Shown here in pieces: positions 44,231 to 55,109 of a stretch of 64,000 bases of DNA (positions within the stretch are counted from its first letter, which is position 1; every line of letters starts with the position of its first letter). A program made the position numbers and the translations under genes. The notes beneath the pieces are model-generated. The model was not told the DNA's origin, did no database searches, and saw only the letters and a program-made list of their open reading frames with translations. The DNA is from Myxococcota bacterium (GTDB taxonomy: Bacteria; Myxococcota_A; UBA796; UBA2385): assembly GCA_044344255.1 (NCBI GenBank), contig JBIJDH010000004.1:256001-320000 (forward strand), written 5' to 3'.

Positions 44231-46828
44231 TCACCCTCGGGGCGGGAGGGAGCGACAGAGGCGGAGGCCACGGAAGGGGGAGCGCACCGAGGGGGCGTTG
44301 GCGTCGCGATGAGAGAGGACCGCGGCGCGGGGGCTGTCCGCCCAGGAGCCACCCCGGTCGGACCGCATGCCCTCGCCACCGCCGCCCTCGCCGCCGGGGT
44401 CAGGGCCGATGCGGTCGCCGATGAGGGGAGGACCCTCCGGGCGAAAGAGGTTCTCGCACCAGTCTCGCATCCCGCCTGCCATGTCGTTCACGCCATAGGG
44501 GCTCTCGTCTACCGGGTAGCTGCCGACGGCGCGTGGACCGATCGGCGCCGGCGGGCTCGACCGGAGCCGGGCCCAGGTGGCGTCGAAGAAGCCTCCCCAG
44601 GGATAGACCCGGCCGTCTACCCCGCGGGCGGCCTTCTCCCACTCGAGCTCGTGCGGGAGGCGCCACGGGAGCCCGTCGCGCTGCGCCCGCCAGTCGGCAT
44701 AGGCCCTGGCTCCCTCCCAGTCGATCATCATCACGGCCCAGTCGAGCTCCCAGACGTCGCCGTCGGCGTCCGGCCGCACGACGAAGTGCCCCGCCGCGTC
44801 TCGGCCATAGATGAGGGCGCCTTGGTCGCCCACGGTGCCTCCCCGCTCGCGGGGGGCGTGTCGAAGGGCCTCCGCCTCGGCGCCCTGGTCGACCCGCTCG
44901 TCCAGAAATTGGATGAATTCTCGATTGGTGACCGAGCAGCGCTGGAAGACGAGCCCGTCTATCCACAGGCGGCGGGTGGACAGGGCCTGATCGGAGGGGG
45001 TCCGGCTGCCCGACCAGAACCAGCCGGCCGGCACGTAGACGTCGTTCGGACCGAGGCTGCCCGCGGGCATCAGGGGGATCGGCTGGGGCGCAACCTGCCC
45101 GGGGGGCGCGCCCGTCCAGCGCTCTCCGCGCCCAATCGAGAGGGGGTACCGCAGGGGGTGAAAGCCCGGGGCGGCCACATCTACGCGGTAGCTCCCGCGC
45201 GGGAGGGGGCGGTCGAGGATCGGCGTGGGGCCGAGCGCGGCGACGTAGACCGGCTGCAGGCGGCGGTCGATCGTCTCGTACCGATAGAGCGTCGCCTCGG
45301 CGCCGGGCGGCGACGTGACCAACGAAAAGGCGCCCCCCCCCTCCAGCCACTCGGTCCAGGCGCCGGTGTCATGCGCGCGGAGCAGGGCCTCGGCGCGGGC
45401 GGCGGCGGAGGTGTCCCCCCGAGCCTCCGCCTGGGCGCAGGCCTCGGCGTAGAGCTCGGCCAGGGCACGGTGGGCCTCGTCGAGCTCCGGGACGAGGTTG
45501 AGGGCCGCGCCGAGCGTCTCCTGAGCCCCCACGAGGGCGAGCTCCGCCTCGAGCTCGGCGGCGGCGGCCTGGTCCTCCAGCTCCCAGGCGGGGCGCTTCT
45601 CGGACACGGCGGCCGCTGCGCTCACCTGGCTCAGCGTCCGCGCGGCCTCTCGGCGGCTCTCAGCGGCAGCGGCGCGGCGCTCGACGATGGTGGGCCACGT
45701 GGCGCGGGCCTGCGCGACCAGCTCCAGGGCCTGATCCCGCTTGCGGGCGCCCTCGAGCCAGGCGGAGAGCTCGGCCGAGAAGGCGCCGGCCTGCGGCGGG
45801 CGATCGGCGGGGTCCTCCGACATCGCGGCGAGCACCAGCGCGCGCAGCTCCGCGGGGACACGGCGGCTCCAGGGGCGGCGGTCGAGGTGGCGGGCGAGGG
45901 TGGCGGGCTCGCGGTCGCGCGGGCGGGGCGCGACGCCGAGCAGGATCTCGAAGAGGATGGCGCCGAGCGAGAAGACATCGGCGGTGGGGCCGATCCGGAC
46001 GCCAGCGTGGGCCTGCTCCGGGGCCATGTAAGCGGGGGTGCCGGCGACCAGCCCGCCGTCTCCCTTCTCGATCGACCGGGCGAGCCCCCAGTCGGCGACC
46101 AGCACCTCACCGAAGGCCCCGCAGAGGATGTTGGCCGGCTTGAGATCACGATGAATGACCTTGCGGGCGTGGGCATAGGCCACGGCCTCGGCGGAGTCTC
46201 TCAGGGCGGCGACGAGGCGGCGAAAGGTCCAGCCGTTGGCGGTGCTCTCCCAGCGATCCCCTGGAGAGGCCTCGTGCACCGCTCGGATGAGCTCTCCGAG
46301 GGGCTGGCCCCGCATCTCCTTCATGGTGTAATAGGGCCGCCCGTCGGGCAGCTCCCCGAGCTCGTGTACGGGGGCGATGCCGGGGTGATCGAGGCGGGCC
46401 GTGATGCGCGCCTCTTCCTGAAAGCGAGCCTTTGCCGCGGCGTTACCCATCAGCTCTCTGCGGATGGCCTTGAGGGCGACCGTCCGCCCGAGGCTGCGGT
46501 CATAGACCCGCCGCACCTCGCCCATCCCCCCCTGTCCGAGCAGGCCGCGCTCTTCGTAGCGCCCCTCGTGCTCCTCGGTGGGGTCGTCGGGGTCGTCGGA
46601 CCAGGTGCGGACGGGGGTGAGGGTGGCGGTCGAGAAGGCGCTGTCGACCTGGGCCACAGAGGGGGCGCCCGCGTTGGAGGCCGGCTCGTGCGACAGGAAG
46701 CTCGCGGCCGTGTTGGCGCCGCGCGTCTCCGGGCCGAGCACCTCTTGGAGGAGCCGCTGCAGGGCCTCCTGCTGGTCACTCGACAGGGACAGCCCGTCGA
46801 GGTGCCGTTGGATGAGCGCGTCCCACAT
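44231..46828 (-). CDS. Ser/Thr kinase fused to FGE-sulfatase (SUMF1) domain
   Basis: GQGGMG, HRDLKPAN, DWG, GTPAYMAPEQ; C-terminal RLPHELEWEKAARG..YPWG, SPYGV.DMAG, RGGSW. Confidence 0.9.
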   Translation of the reverse strand: MWDALIQRHLDGLSLSSDQQEALQRLLQEVLGPETRGANTAASFLSHEPASNAGAPSVAQVDSAFSTATLTPVRTWSDDPDDPTEEHEGRYEERGLLGQGGMGEVRRVYDRSLGRTVALKAIRRELMGNAAAKARFQEEARITARLDHPGIAPVHELGELPDGRPYYTMKEMRGQPLGELIRAVHEASPGDRWESTANGWTFRRLVAALRDSAEAVAYAHARKVIHRDLKPANILCGAFGEVLVADWGLARSIEKGDGGLVAGTPAYMAPEQAHAGVRIGPTADVFSLGAILFEILLGVAPRPRDREPATLARHLDRRPWSRRVPAELRALVLAAMSEDPADRPPQAGAFSAELSAWLEGARKRDQALELVAQARATWPTIVERRAAAAESRREAARTLSQVSAAAAVSEKRPAWELEDQAAAAELEAELALVGAQETLGAALNLVPELDEAHRALAELYAEACAQAEARGDTSAAARAEALLRAHDTGAWTEWLEGGGAFSLVTSPPGAEATLYRYETIDRRLQPVYVAALGPTPILDRPLPRGSYRVDVAAPGFHPLRYPLSIGRGERWTGAPPGQVAPQPIPLMPAGSLGPNDVYVPAGWFWSGSRTPSDQALSTRRLWIDGLVFQRCSVTNREFIQFLDERVDQGAEAEALRHAPRERGGTVGDQGALIYGRDAAGHFVVRPDADGDVWELDWAVMMIDWEGARAYADWRAQRDGLPWRLPHELEWEKAARGVDGRVYPWGGFFDATWARLRSSPPAPIGPRAVGSYPVDESPYGVNDMAGGMRDWCENLFRPEGPPLIGDRIGPDPGGEGGGGEGMRSDRGGSWADSPRAAVLSHRDANAPSVRSPFRGLRLCRSLPPRG

Positions 46829-46834
46829 CCGCGG

Positions 46835-47545
46835 TCAGTGTTCCTGTGGGGCCGCGGCGCGCCGACCGCGGAGGTCGTCGGCCACCTCTCTCAGGCGCGC
46901 AGAGGCCGCGCGGACCTCGGCCTCCAGCTCGGGATCGGACAGACCCGCGCGGAGGACCTCGGGCAGGCGCTCGAGCGTGTCTCCGGCGTCGCCCCAGCCT
47001 TGCTCTCGCAGCACCGTGGCCAGGCGCTCCAAGCGGCCCTGCAGCACCTCCTGGCCCGGCTGCTCGGCGTTTACCATGGCCTTCATGTCGGCCAGCAGAG
47101 CCGAGAAGGCGCGCTGGAGGCCGTCCTTCACGGCGGAGGGGTCTTCCCGGAGCTGCTCGGGGCTGATGCCCAGCGCCTCGGCGATGAGGTCGGCCTGGGC
47201 GGGCCCGGCGGCGGCCTCGGCGACCCCGTCTGCCACCCGCTGTTGGGTCTTGCCGACCTCCTCGAGCACGGACTTCGCCCCACGCAGCGCTCGGCCGATG
47301 TTGGCGGAGAAGGCCCGGATGTGACGGGCGGCGATCTCCTTGGCCTCTTCTTCGGTCACCTCCCAGACCGCGGCGACCACGCCGTCTACCTGGCGCTCCT
47401 TGCCGGCGAGGCTGCGGAGGACCAGCTTGCCGGGCAGGATGTGGGCGTCATCGGGGATGAAGAAGAAGCGGGTGGCCGGATCGGTGGCGTAGAGCGTCGA
47501 GGTCGAAGCGGCTGAGACAGCGGAGGTGGGCCGGGTGGTGGTCAT
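46835..47545 (-). CDS. Hypothetical protein
   Basis: Host-like codon usage; ends 6 nt before the kinase start; helical C-terminus. Confidence 0.65.
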   Translation of the reverse strand: MTTTRPTSAVSAASTSTLYATDPATRFFFIPDDAHILPGKLVLRSLAGKERQVDGVVAAVWEVTEEEAKEIAARHIRAFSANIGRALRGAKSVLEEVGKTQQRVADGVAEAAAGPAQADLIAEALGISPEQLREDPSAVKDGLQRAFSALLADMKAMVNAEQPGQEVLQGRLERLATVLREQGWGDAGDTLERLPEVLRAGLSDPELEAEVRAASARLREVADDLRGRRAAAPQEH

Positions 47546-47614
47546 GGCGGAGAGCGTAGCCCGGCGGCGGAGGATCGTCCTGGTGAGCCTCCTCAGTCGC
47601 GGCCAAAGGGCCAG

Positions 47615-48244
47615 TCACTCGGCCTGTCCCGGCTGCGCCCAACGCTCGGCGAGGCGGGCCCACTCGCCCCGCGGCACCTCCCGCCGTATCGCCAGGGCGT
47701 TCGCGAGGCGGTGCTTGCCCAGCTCATCCGGCTCAACCCCGTCGAGGAGGCCGAGCAGCACGCGGTTCATGCCTCCATGGGCCACGAGCAGGGTGAGGGG
47801 GACCTCCGGCAGAGCCGCCAGCAGCGGGAGGGCGCGGCGGGCGAGGTCGGCGTGGGACTCTCCCCCCGGCGGCCGACCGTCCCAGGACAGCATCGCGTCC
47901 AGGCGCCCGTCGCCGCGGAGCACGGCGATAGGCTGACCTTGATATTCGCCCATTCGCCGCTCCCGCAGGGCGGACAGGATGAGCACCGGAGGGTCTCGCT
48001 CGGGCTCGAGCGTAGGCGAGCGCGCGGCCTCCAAGAGGAGCTCGGCCGTTCGCCGCGCCCGTTGGAGGTCGCTGCTCAGCACCCGATGGATGGGGGCTCC
48101 CATGAGGGCGGCGCCGGCGAGCCTCGCCTGGCGCTCACCCTCCGAGGTCAGGGCGACGTCCTCCCAGCCGGAGAGGACGCCGGCCGCGTTGGCCGTGCTC
48201 TCTCCGTGCCGGATGAAGATCCACCCTGTGCCGCTGTGGGTCAC
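47615..48244 (-). CDS. Histidine phosphatase (phosphoglycerate mutase family)
   Basis: RHGES, SSDLQRA, LRER.MG, GGES, VAHGG. Confidence 0.9.
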   Translation of the reverse strand: MTHSGTGWIFIRHGESTANAAGVLSGWEDVALTSEGERQARLAGAALMGAPIHRVLSSDLQRARRTAELLLEAARSPTLEPERDPPVLILSALRERRMGEYQGQPIAVLRGDGRLDAMLSWDGRPPGGESHADLARRALPLLAALPEVPLTLLVAHGGMNRVLLGLLDGVEPDELGKHRLANALAIRREVPRGEWARLAERWAQPGQAE

Positions 48245-48253
48245 CCGGCTGGC

Positions 48254-51200
48254 TCAGCGCCCGAGGCGGCCGATCCAAGCGCGGATGCGCTCGTCGGCCA
48301 CGAGGAGGGCGGCGAGCTCCGGCTGGTCACCGAGGATCTGCCCGACCAGCTCCTGCAGGCTGGCGAGCTCGACCCGAGCGAGGCGCGCCGAGAAGGCGTC
48401 CACGCCCAGCTTGGCCTCTTCGGTCACCGGCAGGGCCGAGACCAGCTCCCGCACGAGGCGGATGTAGCGGTTGCGGACGATGCCGATGGCGACGGGATCC
48501 CAGGCGCTCTGGGCCGGGCGGGCCTCCAGGGAGCGGACCGTGGACAGGAGGCGGCTGGCCTCCCCGGCGGCGAGGTAGCTCGTCAGGACGGCGTCGACGT
48601 CGCCCGGGCCAGCCAGCAGCGCCACTTCGCGGGCCACGGCGACTTCACCCAGCAGGGCGACCTTCTGGGCGAGGGCCAGCGGGATCTCCTTGCTCGTGAG
48701 CGCCTCGACGCGGGCGAGGATGCGGGCCTCGTGCACCGTGCCGCGGGTGTTGCCGATGGCGCGGAGGGCGGCCTGGATGCCTGCCTTGCTCTCCTTCTCG
48801 GGGCCGGGCTCGCCTGCGCTGAGCCAGATGCTCACGAGGCTCTGGACCGCGTCGGTGACGCCCACCCAAGCGTGGTAGCGGCCGATCGGGCTGCTGGGGC
48901 TGGCCTCGATCTCCGCGCGGATGCCCCAGGCGTCGACGAGGGTCATGGCGTGCGACCAGGCGGTCGCGACGGCCACGGGGCTCGCGCCTGTGAGCTCGAG
49001 CAGCAGCGGCAAGAAGACCGCGCCGGCCTCGTTGACCACCTCGTTGCACACCACGGTCATCGCGATCGACTGGTGCAGCATGTGCGTCGGCACGTCGGCG
49101 GCGAAGTCGTTCTTGATGCGGTCCGGGAAGTAGTCCAGCACCTTCTGCTTGAAGCCGGGGATGCTGCTGCCGTCTGCGTCCTTGAGCTGCCGGAACAGGT
49201 GCATCTTGACGTGCGCCTGAATGACGGCGAGCTCGGGGCGGGACAGGCCGAGGTGGGCCGCGGCGCGCTTCTTGAGGTCGTCCTCGGAGGGCAGGCGGAG
49301 GAACTGAGCGGTCACGTTCCCGAGCTTGCAGATGAAGTCGATCGTGCGGGTCCAGGCGATGGGATCGCGCTGGCTGCGCACCTGATCGAGCGACAACAGG
49401 CGACCGTGGAGGTCGTTGTTGTGCAGCACGTCGGCGGCGACGTCCTCGGTGAGGCTCTCGATGAGCACGTTCCGCTCTTCGCGGGTCATGCGGCCGGCGG
49501 CGACCATCGGGTTGAGCAGGATCTTGAGGTTGACCTCGTGATCCGACATGTCGACGCCGCCCGAGTTGTCGATGGCGTCGGTGTTGAGGCGACCGCCGAG
49601 CATGGCGTACTCGTGGCGGCCCGCCTGCGTGAAGCCGAGGTTGCCACCCTCGCCCACGATCTTGCAGCGGAGCTCAGGCGCGTCGGCGCGGACCTCGTCG
49701 TTGGCGGGGTCACCGGCCTCCTGGTGGGTCTCGAAGGAGGCCTTCCAGTACGTGCCGATGCCGCCGTTCCACATCAGGTCGACGTCGAGGCGGAGGATGG
49801 CGCGGACGACGGCGTCCGAGGGGAGCTCGGTCGCGGTGGTGCCGAGCAGGGCCTGCAGCGCGGGGGAGAGCGGGATGCTCTTCGCCTTGCGGGAGAAGAT
49901 GCCACCGCCCGCTGAGATGATCGAGGTGTCGTAGGCCTCCCAGCCCTTCACCTCGCGGAACAGGCGGTTGCGCTCGGCGAAAGAGGCGGCGCAGTCCGGG
50001 TTGGGGTCGAGGAAGATGTGAAGGTGGTTGAAGGCCGCCACGAGCCGCATCTTCGGGTGGGCGATGACGCCGTTGCCGAACACGTCGCCCGAGGTGTCGC
50101 CGATGCCGGCGCAAGTGAACTCGGTGGTGTGCGGGTTGATGCCCATCTCGGCGAAGTGGCGGTGGACCGTCTCCCAGCCGCCGCGGGCCGTGATGCCCAC
50201 CACCTTGTGGTCGTAGCCGTTCGAGCCACCGGAGGCGAAGGCGTCGTCGAGCCAGAAGCCGTAGGACTGGCTGAGCCGATTGGCGGTGTCCGAGAGGTGC
50301 GCGGTGCCCTTGTCGGCGGCGACGACGAGGTAGGGGTCGGCGTCGTCGTGGCGGACCACGTTCGGGGGGCCGACCGGCGTGCCGGCGACGATGTTGTCGG
50401 TGACGTCGAGCAGACCGCGGATGAAGATCTGGTAGAGCTCATCGGCGCGGCGGCGCTTGTCGGCCGGGTTGACCGGGCTGTGCTTCATGAAGAAGCCGCC
50501 CTTGCTGCCTTCGGGCACGATGACGACGTTCTTGACCATCTGGGTGTTCACGAGGCCGAGCACCTCGCGGCGGAAGTCATCGCGGTCCGACCAGCGGATG
50601 CCACCGCGGGCCACCTTGCCGCCGCGGAGGTGGAGGCCCTCGACGTCGCGGTGGTGCACGTAGATCTCGAAGAGCATGCGGGGCGAGGGCATCTGCTTGA
50701 CCCGCGCGTGCTCGACCTTGAAGGAGATGTAGTGCTCGACCCTGTCCGTTCGGTAGAAGTTCGTCCGAATCGAGGAGTCGACCAGGTTGTAGAGGGTGCG
50801 GAAGATGACGTCCTGATCGTTGTCGCTCACCTCGCGGAGCGCGTCCTGGTAGGCCTCGTTCGCCTTCGCCATCTCGACGCTGCGGTCGCCTTCGAGGGCC
50901 GGGTTGAAGCGGGCCTGGAAGACCTCCCACAGCCGAGTGACCAGCTCGGCCTTGGAGAGCAAGAGCTCCTGGGCGCGGACGGCGGTGCAGGGGAGCCCGA
51001 GCTGGCGGGCATAGCCGAGGTAGGCCCGGAAGAGGTCCACCGCCTCCCAGGGGATGTTGGACCGCAGCAAGATTCGGTTCAGACCATCATCCACCATCTT
51101 CTTGGCGACGACCGCCTTGACACCCTCGATGAGGATCTGCTTGCGGTCGAGGATATCGGCGGACGAGAGGCCACTCACGCCGCGGAGGCGGAAGGTGTCA

Positions 51201-52921
51201 ATCGTGGACTTGGCCCCCCCCTCCGGCGTGACCGTGTCACTCCACTGGTCTTCGACCACGAGGCCGAATTTGTCGAGGACCGGGAGGATGTCGGAGAGGA
51301 TGATGTGCTGGGCCTGGTAGGCGCGGAGGTGCAGGGTCCCATCTCGGTCGGCGCTCAGGTCCAGCTCGAGCGTGGAGCCGGCGGCGAGGCGCGTGAGCTG
51401 GACGATGTCCTCGGCGGCGGAGGCCGGGGTGACCTTCTGGCGGTAGCCGTCCGGGAAGGCGTCACCGTAGGTGAACACGAGATCGTCGGCGGTGTCGACC
51501 CCGACGAGGGCGGTCAACGCGCCGTAGACGGCGTCGTCCCAGGGGGTGGTGCGCGCGGTCACCTCAGCGAGGATGGCCTCGCGGGCGCCCTCCGAGAGGG
51601 CGTGGGTGCCGGTCAAGGAGTAGTAGACGAGCATCGTCTGGAAGCGGCCGAGGAAGACCCCGTGGTCGCAGGCCGTGGCCCCCGAGGCGCTCACCAGCAG
51701 CTCTTCGATCGCGACGCGGAGCTGGTCGGTCCAGCGCTCGCGCGGCATGGCGAGGAGGGCGAAGGTGGAGGTGGCGTCCGCGTTCTGGCTCACGTGGATG
51801 CGGACCACGTGCTCCTGTTCGGCCTCGAGGACGCGGTCGGCGACGTCGGAGATCTCGGCCGCGGTTGCGGTGAAGAGGTACTCGATCGGGAGGGCGTCGA
51901 AGACGTTGGCCACCCCCTTGTACCGGTAGGAGCCGGGCTTGGACTCCTCCTTCTGCAGCATCTCGGCCAGCACGCGGCGCAGGACCGGCACATGACGGGA
52001 GGGCTGGGTGACCGCGCGGTAGGTGAAGAGGCCCTGGAAGAGCAGGACGCGGCTCTCGCCGGCGCCGCCGCCGGGGATCTCGATGCGGAGCTCGTCCACG
52101 CGGCCGTAGCGGTGCACGGCCGAAGAGAGGAGGCCCTTGCGGATCTGCACGGGCACTCGGCCCGACGAGGGGGACCAGCCGGTGGAGAGCGAGGAGACAT
52201 CCCAGGCGTCGGCGGCGGTGGCCCGGGCGATGCCGAGGGAGCCCTCGTCGCTGATGGCGCCCATGAAGACGAAGTTGTCCGAGAGCAGCCAGCGAAGCAG
52301 CTCGGCGGCCTCGCGCAGGCCATCGGCCTGGTCGGGCATGCGGTCGGCGAGGCGGTTGAAGCGCAGGGCGGCGGTCTCGACGAGGTCGGTCATCGACTGG
52401 AAGTCAGCGACGACGTGCTGGGCGAGGCGGAGGCGGGCCGCTAGCCCGGCCACGACGGTCGCCAGGGACTCCGCCGCGATGCCCTCGGCCTCGATGCGGG
52501 TGACGCTCTCGAGGGGATCGTAGGCCTGATCGACCTCGACGATCCGGCCGGCCTCGTCTCGTCGGGTGGAGACCACCACGTTGAGGTTGCCGGTGTAGGT
52601 GGCGCCGAAGGTGGTGAGGCCGAGGCGCAGGGTGTCAACGATGAAGGGCTGGTCGCGCATCACGGTGGTGAAGACGGCGAGCTCGCCCTCCATGTGGCCA
52701 GCGACGTCGGGGGTGTCGGACGTGCGGACGGAGATGCGCTCCCAGAGCTCAGCGACGTGGTCGGCGGCGCTCTGGTGGCTGTGGCGCGCGAGGTAGGGGC
52801 GACGGAGCTGCCGCCCGACGGCCCGACCGAAGCGGCGGAAGGTCTCCGGGTCGCCGCTCGTGGGAGCGGTACGCTTGGAGAGATTGTCCAGCATCTTCTC
52901 GACAAAGGCCGTGATCGGCAT
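48254..52921 (-). CDS. gdhB: Large NAD-specific glutamate dehydrogenase
   Basis: 1555 aa; VARGGIRWSDR, QMVKN..IVP.GSKGGF, YLVVAADKGTA, DAFASGGS.GYDHK, EGGNLG, NTDAIDNSGGV. Confidence 0.93.
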   Translation of the reverse strand: MPITAFVEKMLDNLSKRTAPTSGDPETFRRFGRAVGRQLRRPYLARHSHQSAADHVAELWERISVRTSDTPDVAGHMEGELAVFTTVMRDQPFIVDTLRLGLTTFGATYTGNLNVVVSTRRDEAGRIVEVDQAYDPLESVTRIEAEGIAAESLATVVAGLAARLRLAQHVVADFQSMTDLVETAALRFNRLADRMPDQADGLREAAELLRWLLSDNFVFMGAISDEGSLGIARATAADAWDVSSLSTGWSPSSGRVPVQIRKGLLSSAVHRYGRVDELRIEIPGGGAGESRVLLFQGLFTYRAVTQPSRHVPVLRRVLAEMLQKEESKPGSYRYKGVANVFDALPIEYLFTATAAEISDVADRVLEAEQEHVVRIHVSQNADATSTFALLAMPRERWTDQLRVAIEELLVSASGATACDHGVFLGRFQTMLVYYSLTGTHALSEGAREAILAEVTARTTPWDDAVYGALTALVGVDTADDLVFTYGDAFPDGYRQKVTPASAAEDIVQLTRLAAGSTLELDLSADRDGTLHLRAYQAQHIILSDILPVLDKFGLVVEDQWSDTVTPEGGAKSTIDTFRLRGVSGLSSADILDRKQILIEGVKAVVAKKMVDDGLNRILLRSNIPWEAVDLFRAYLGYARQLGLPCTAVRAQELLLSKAELVTRLWEVFQARFNPALEGDRSVEMAKANEAYQDALREVSDNDQDVIFRTLYNLVDSSIRTNFYRTDRVEHYISFKVEHARVKQMPSPRMLFEIYVHHRDVEGLHLRGGKVARGGIRWSDRDDFRREVLGLVNTQMVKNVVIVPEGSKGGFFMKHSPVNPADKRRRADELYQIFIRGLLDVTDNIVAGTPVGPPNVVRHDDADPYLVVAADKGTAHLSDTANRLSQSYGFWLDDAFASGGSNGYDHKVVGITARGGWETVHRHFAEMGINPHTTEFTCAGIGDTSGDVFGNGVIAHPKMRLVAAFNHLHIFLDPNPDCAASFAERNRLFREVKGWEAYDTSIISAGGGIFSRKAKSIPLSPALQALLGTTATELPSDAVVRAILRLDVDLMWNGGIGTYWKASFETHQEAGDPANDEVRADAPELRCKIVGEGGNLGFTQAGRHEYAMLGGRLNTDAIDNSGGVDMSDHEVNLKILLNPMVAAGRMTREERNVLIESLTEDVAADVLHNNDLHGRLLSLDQVRSQRDPIAWTRTIDFICKLGNVTAQFLRLPSEDDLKKRAAAHLGLSRPELAVIQAHVKMHLFRQLKDADGSSIPGFKQKVLDYFPDRIKNDFAADVPTHMLHQSIAMTVVCNEVVNEAGAVFLPLLLELTGASPVAVATAWSHAMTLVDAWGIRAEIEASPSSPIGRYHAWVGVTDAVQSLVSIWLSAGEPGPEKESKAGIQAALRAIGNTRGTVHEARILARVEALTSKEIPLALAQKVALLGEVAVAREVALLAGPGDVDAVLTSYLAAGEASRLLSTVRSLEARPAQSAWDPVAIGIVRNRYIRLVRELVSALPVTEEAKLGVDAFSARLARVELASLQELVGQILGDQPELAALLVADERIRAWIGRLGR

Positions 52922-53109
52922 GACTGCCTCGCGCTCGGGTTTAGGTTGCCCCGGTCTCCTCCGCGGGCACCCCTGGTCCCCCCGGTGGGCGCTGCAGCCT
53001 CCGGCGGGACGTGTTGAGGGCGTCAGAGCTAACCGGGGGCTGGTGCGGCCGCCCGCACTTCTGAGCGGGTCTGGGCGGAGCGCCTGGCGGTCGCGGCGGC
53101 GAGATCGTC

Positions 53110-54069
53110 TCAGGCCCGGCGGCGCTGCCAGCGGGCCTCGGCCTCCAGGGCGTCCTCGTCGGAGATGCCCAGCCGACGCGACAAGTTGAAGAGCTGGACG
53201 CGGGACTGGTCATCTTGACCGCCCCAGGTGAACATCCGCTCGATCGACTGGTCGAGGACGTAGCCCTCCGCAGCTTCGCGGGCGCCTTGGAGGTCTGCGG
53301 CGGTGAGCTGGAGGCCCTTGGCGTAGCGGTCGAGGGCCTGGCGCTCGGCGGGGTCGAAGGTCTCGTCGACGAGGGCGAGGGCCCAGACGGTCGCGAGCAG
53401 CGTCTTGCGGACGGCGCCGCGGCTCACGTTCCGCAGCTCGGCGTCGGTGAGCGGGGGGCGCTTGGCCAGCTCGCCGATCGAGCCCATGTCGGCGGTGATC
53501 ACGTCGGTGAGCCAGCTCTGCTCCTCGCCCGCGAGGTCTCCGTCGGCGCGGGCGAGCTCGATCAGCATTCGTCCGAGCACCTTGCGGTCGTAGGCGTGAG
53601 CGACGGGCGCCTCGTTGAGCAGCCGCTCGAAGGGAGAGAGCAGCTCGGCGGAGACCTTCACGCTGACCCAGGTGGCGTGGTTCGGGTTCCAGACGAAGCG
53701 GCCGCGTACGCTCTGGAAGGCCTCGACAAGGGCCTGCTGCTTCTCGTCGTTGGACAGGTTGTTCCCGGTCTGTTCTCGGGTGACCTCGTTCATCGCCGAA
53801 TAGGCGATGTCTCCGGCGAGGCGGCCGACCACCCCGCCGCCGAAGACGCTGCGCAGTGTGCTGGCGATGGCGCTGCGCACGCTCCACATGAGCGAGCGCT
53901 GGACGGTGCTCCCGATGCGGGAGGTCATCGCCGTGTTCGGCGGCATGGTGTGGCGGGCCGGCACGGACTCCCCCGAGACCGGGCAGCGGAAGGTGACGGT
54001 GACGCTCCGGCCGCTGTAGCGAGGATCCTGAGCGAGGGGGAGCACGTTCGGGTAGCTGGGCGTGGACAT
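53110..54069 (-). CDS. TerB-like domain protein
   Basis: LARADGDL..EE and ALVDETFDPAE TerB-type motifs; ATG 54069. Confidence 0.7.
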   Translation of the reverse strand: MSTPSYPNVLPLAQDPRYSGRSVTVTFRCPVSGESVPARHTMPPNTAMTSRIGSTVQRSLMWSVRSAIASTLRSVFGGGVVGRLAGDIAYSAMNEVTREQTGNNLSNDEKQQALVEAFQSVRGRFVWNPNHATWVSVKVSAELLSPFERLLNEAPVAHAYDRKVLGRMLIELARADGDLAGEEQSWLTDVITADMGSIGELAKRPPLTDAELRNVSRGAVRKTLLATVWALALVDETFDPAERQALDRYAKGLQLTAADLQGAREAAEGYVLDQSIERMFTWGGQDDQSRVQLFNLSRRLGISDEDALEAEARWQRRRA

Positions 54070-54109
54070 CTGTCTTCCCTCTCTTTGGGCTGCCCCTTCG
54101 CGGGGGCCG

Positions 54110-55072
54110 CTATCGGGGTGACCGGGGCAGGGTTGGAGGCGCGGCTGGAGGCGGGGCTCGGGGCGGGGCTCTTGGCGGATCGGGGAGGTCGACGGTGCCG
54201 GTGACGTAGATCGCGCGGGCGTCGTCTCCCGTGAGCTCGACGGCGGCGTGGTGCCCACCGTAGTGGGCGGAAATTCCCGTGTCGATGCCGAGCAGGGCCC
54301 CGCCGCAGCGCACCGCGATCTTCCCGCTCTCTTGTGTGGTGTGGCCGATCACCATGCGACGGGCCCCGAGGGCTGTGAGGGCGGTCTCGAGCTCGGCGCA
54401 GGCGACCGACTCGTCGGCGAGCAGGTAGCCGCGGTACCAAAGCGGGCCCTCGGGGCCGAGCACATCGGCGGGGCCCGCGCCACGGAGGGCGGCGGCGGTG
54501 GCGGCGTTGAGGCCGTCGACGCCTTGGGGCGCGAAGCGCTGGCTGATCCCACCGTGGAGGTAGACGGTGCCGTCCAAGGAGGCGATTGGGGGGTGTTCGA
54601 GCAGCCAGCGGCCGACCGCACCGTCGGCCGAGTAGGCCTGCCGCCTCCCGGCCTCCCCTCCGAATTGACCCATCTCGACGGGGTTGACGTAGCGCCAGTC
54701 CCCCTGGAGGTTCATCGCCTCGTGGTTGCCGATGAGGAGGACCGCCGCGCCACCGGCGGCCTTCGCCTCGGCCTCGAGGCGCTGCAGGAGCTCGATCAGC
54801 GGGCGACCGTCGGGCCCGCGATCGGTGTAGTCGCCGGTGATGACGAGGGTGGCGTCCTTGCCGCACCAGTGGCCCGCGGCGTCGACGAGGCGGGTCATCT
54901 GCAGCGTGGCGAGGGCGTGGGGCAGGTCGGCGTGCAGATCGCCCACGGCGACGATGCGGCCGGCGGCCTCGGCGGCGCGGGGGACGGTCAGACCGAGGGC
55001 CAAGCTGATGCCGACGGCGACCGAAGCCCCTAGGGGTGCGCGGGGTGGTGGGGTTATGTGCGCAGAGCTCAT
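54110..55072 (-). CDS. Exported metallophosphoesterase (Shewanella-like phosphatase)
   Basis: GDLHAD, GDYTDRGPD, GNHE, HGG, GPLWYR, GHT, IDTG; signal peptide. Confidence 0.88.
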   Translation of the reverse strand: MSSAHITPPPRAPLGASVAVGISLALGLTVPRAAEAAGRIVAVGDLHADLPHALATLQMTRLVDAAGHWCGKDATLVITGDYTDRGPDGRPLIELLQRLEAEAKAAGGAAVLLIGNHEAMNLQGDWRYVNPVEMGQFGGEAGRRQAYSADGAVGRWLLEHPPIASLDGTVYLHGGISQRFAPQGVDGLNAATAAALRGAGPADVLGPEGPLWYRGYLLADESVACAELETALTALGARRMVIGHTTQESGKIAVRCGGALLGIDTGISAHYGGHHAAVELTGDDARAIYVTGTVDLPDPPRAPPRAPPPAAPPTLPRSPR

Positions 55073-55109
55073 CCGAGCAGCCTAGCCTCTGCGGGGCCGG
55101 CGGGCCGGT

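Noticed and set aside
43091..47515. 1474-aa plus-strand ORF (also 20486-22759, 22823-25159, 35582-38200, 47711-49915, 50018-52444)
   Set aside because: Antisense shadows of well-supported minus-strand genes; stop codons are rare in such GC-rich DNA and no motifs are present.
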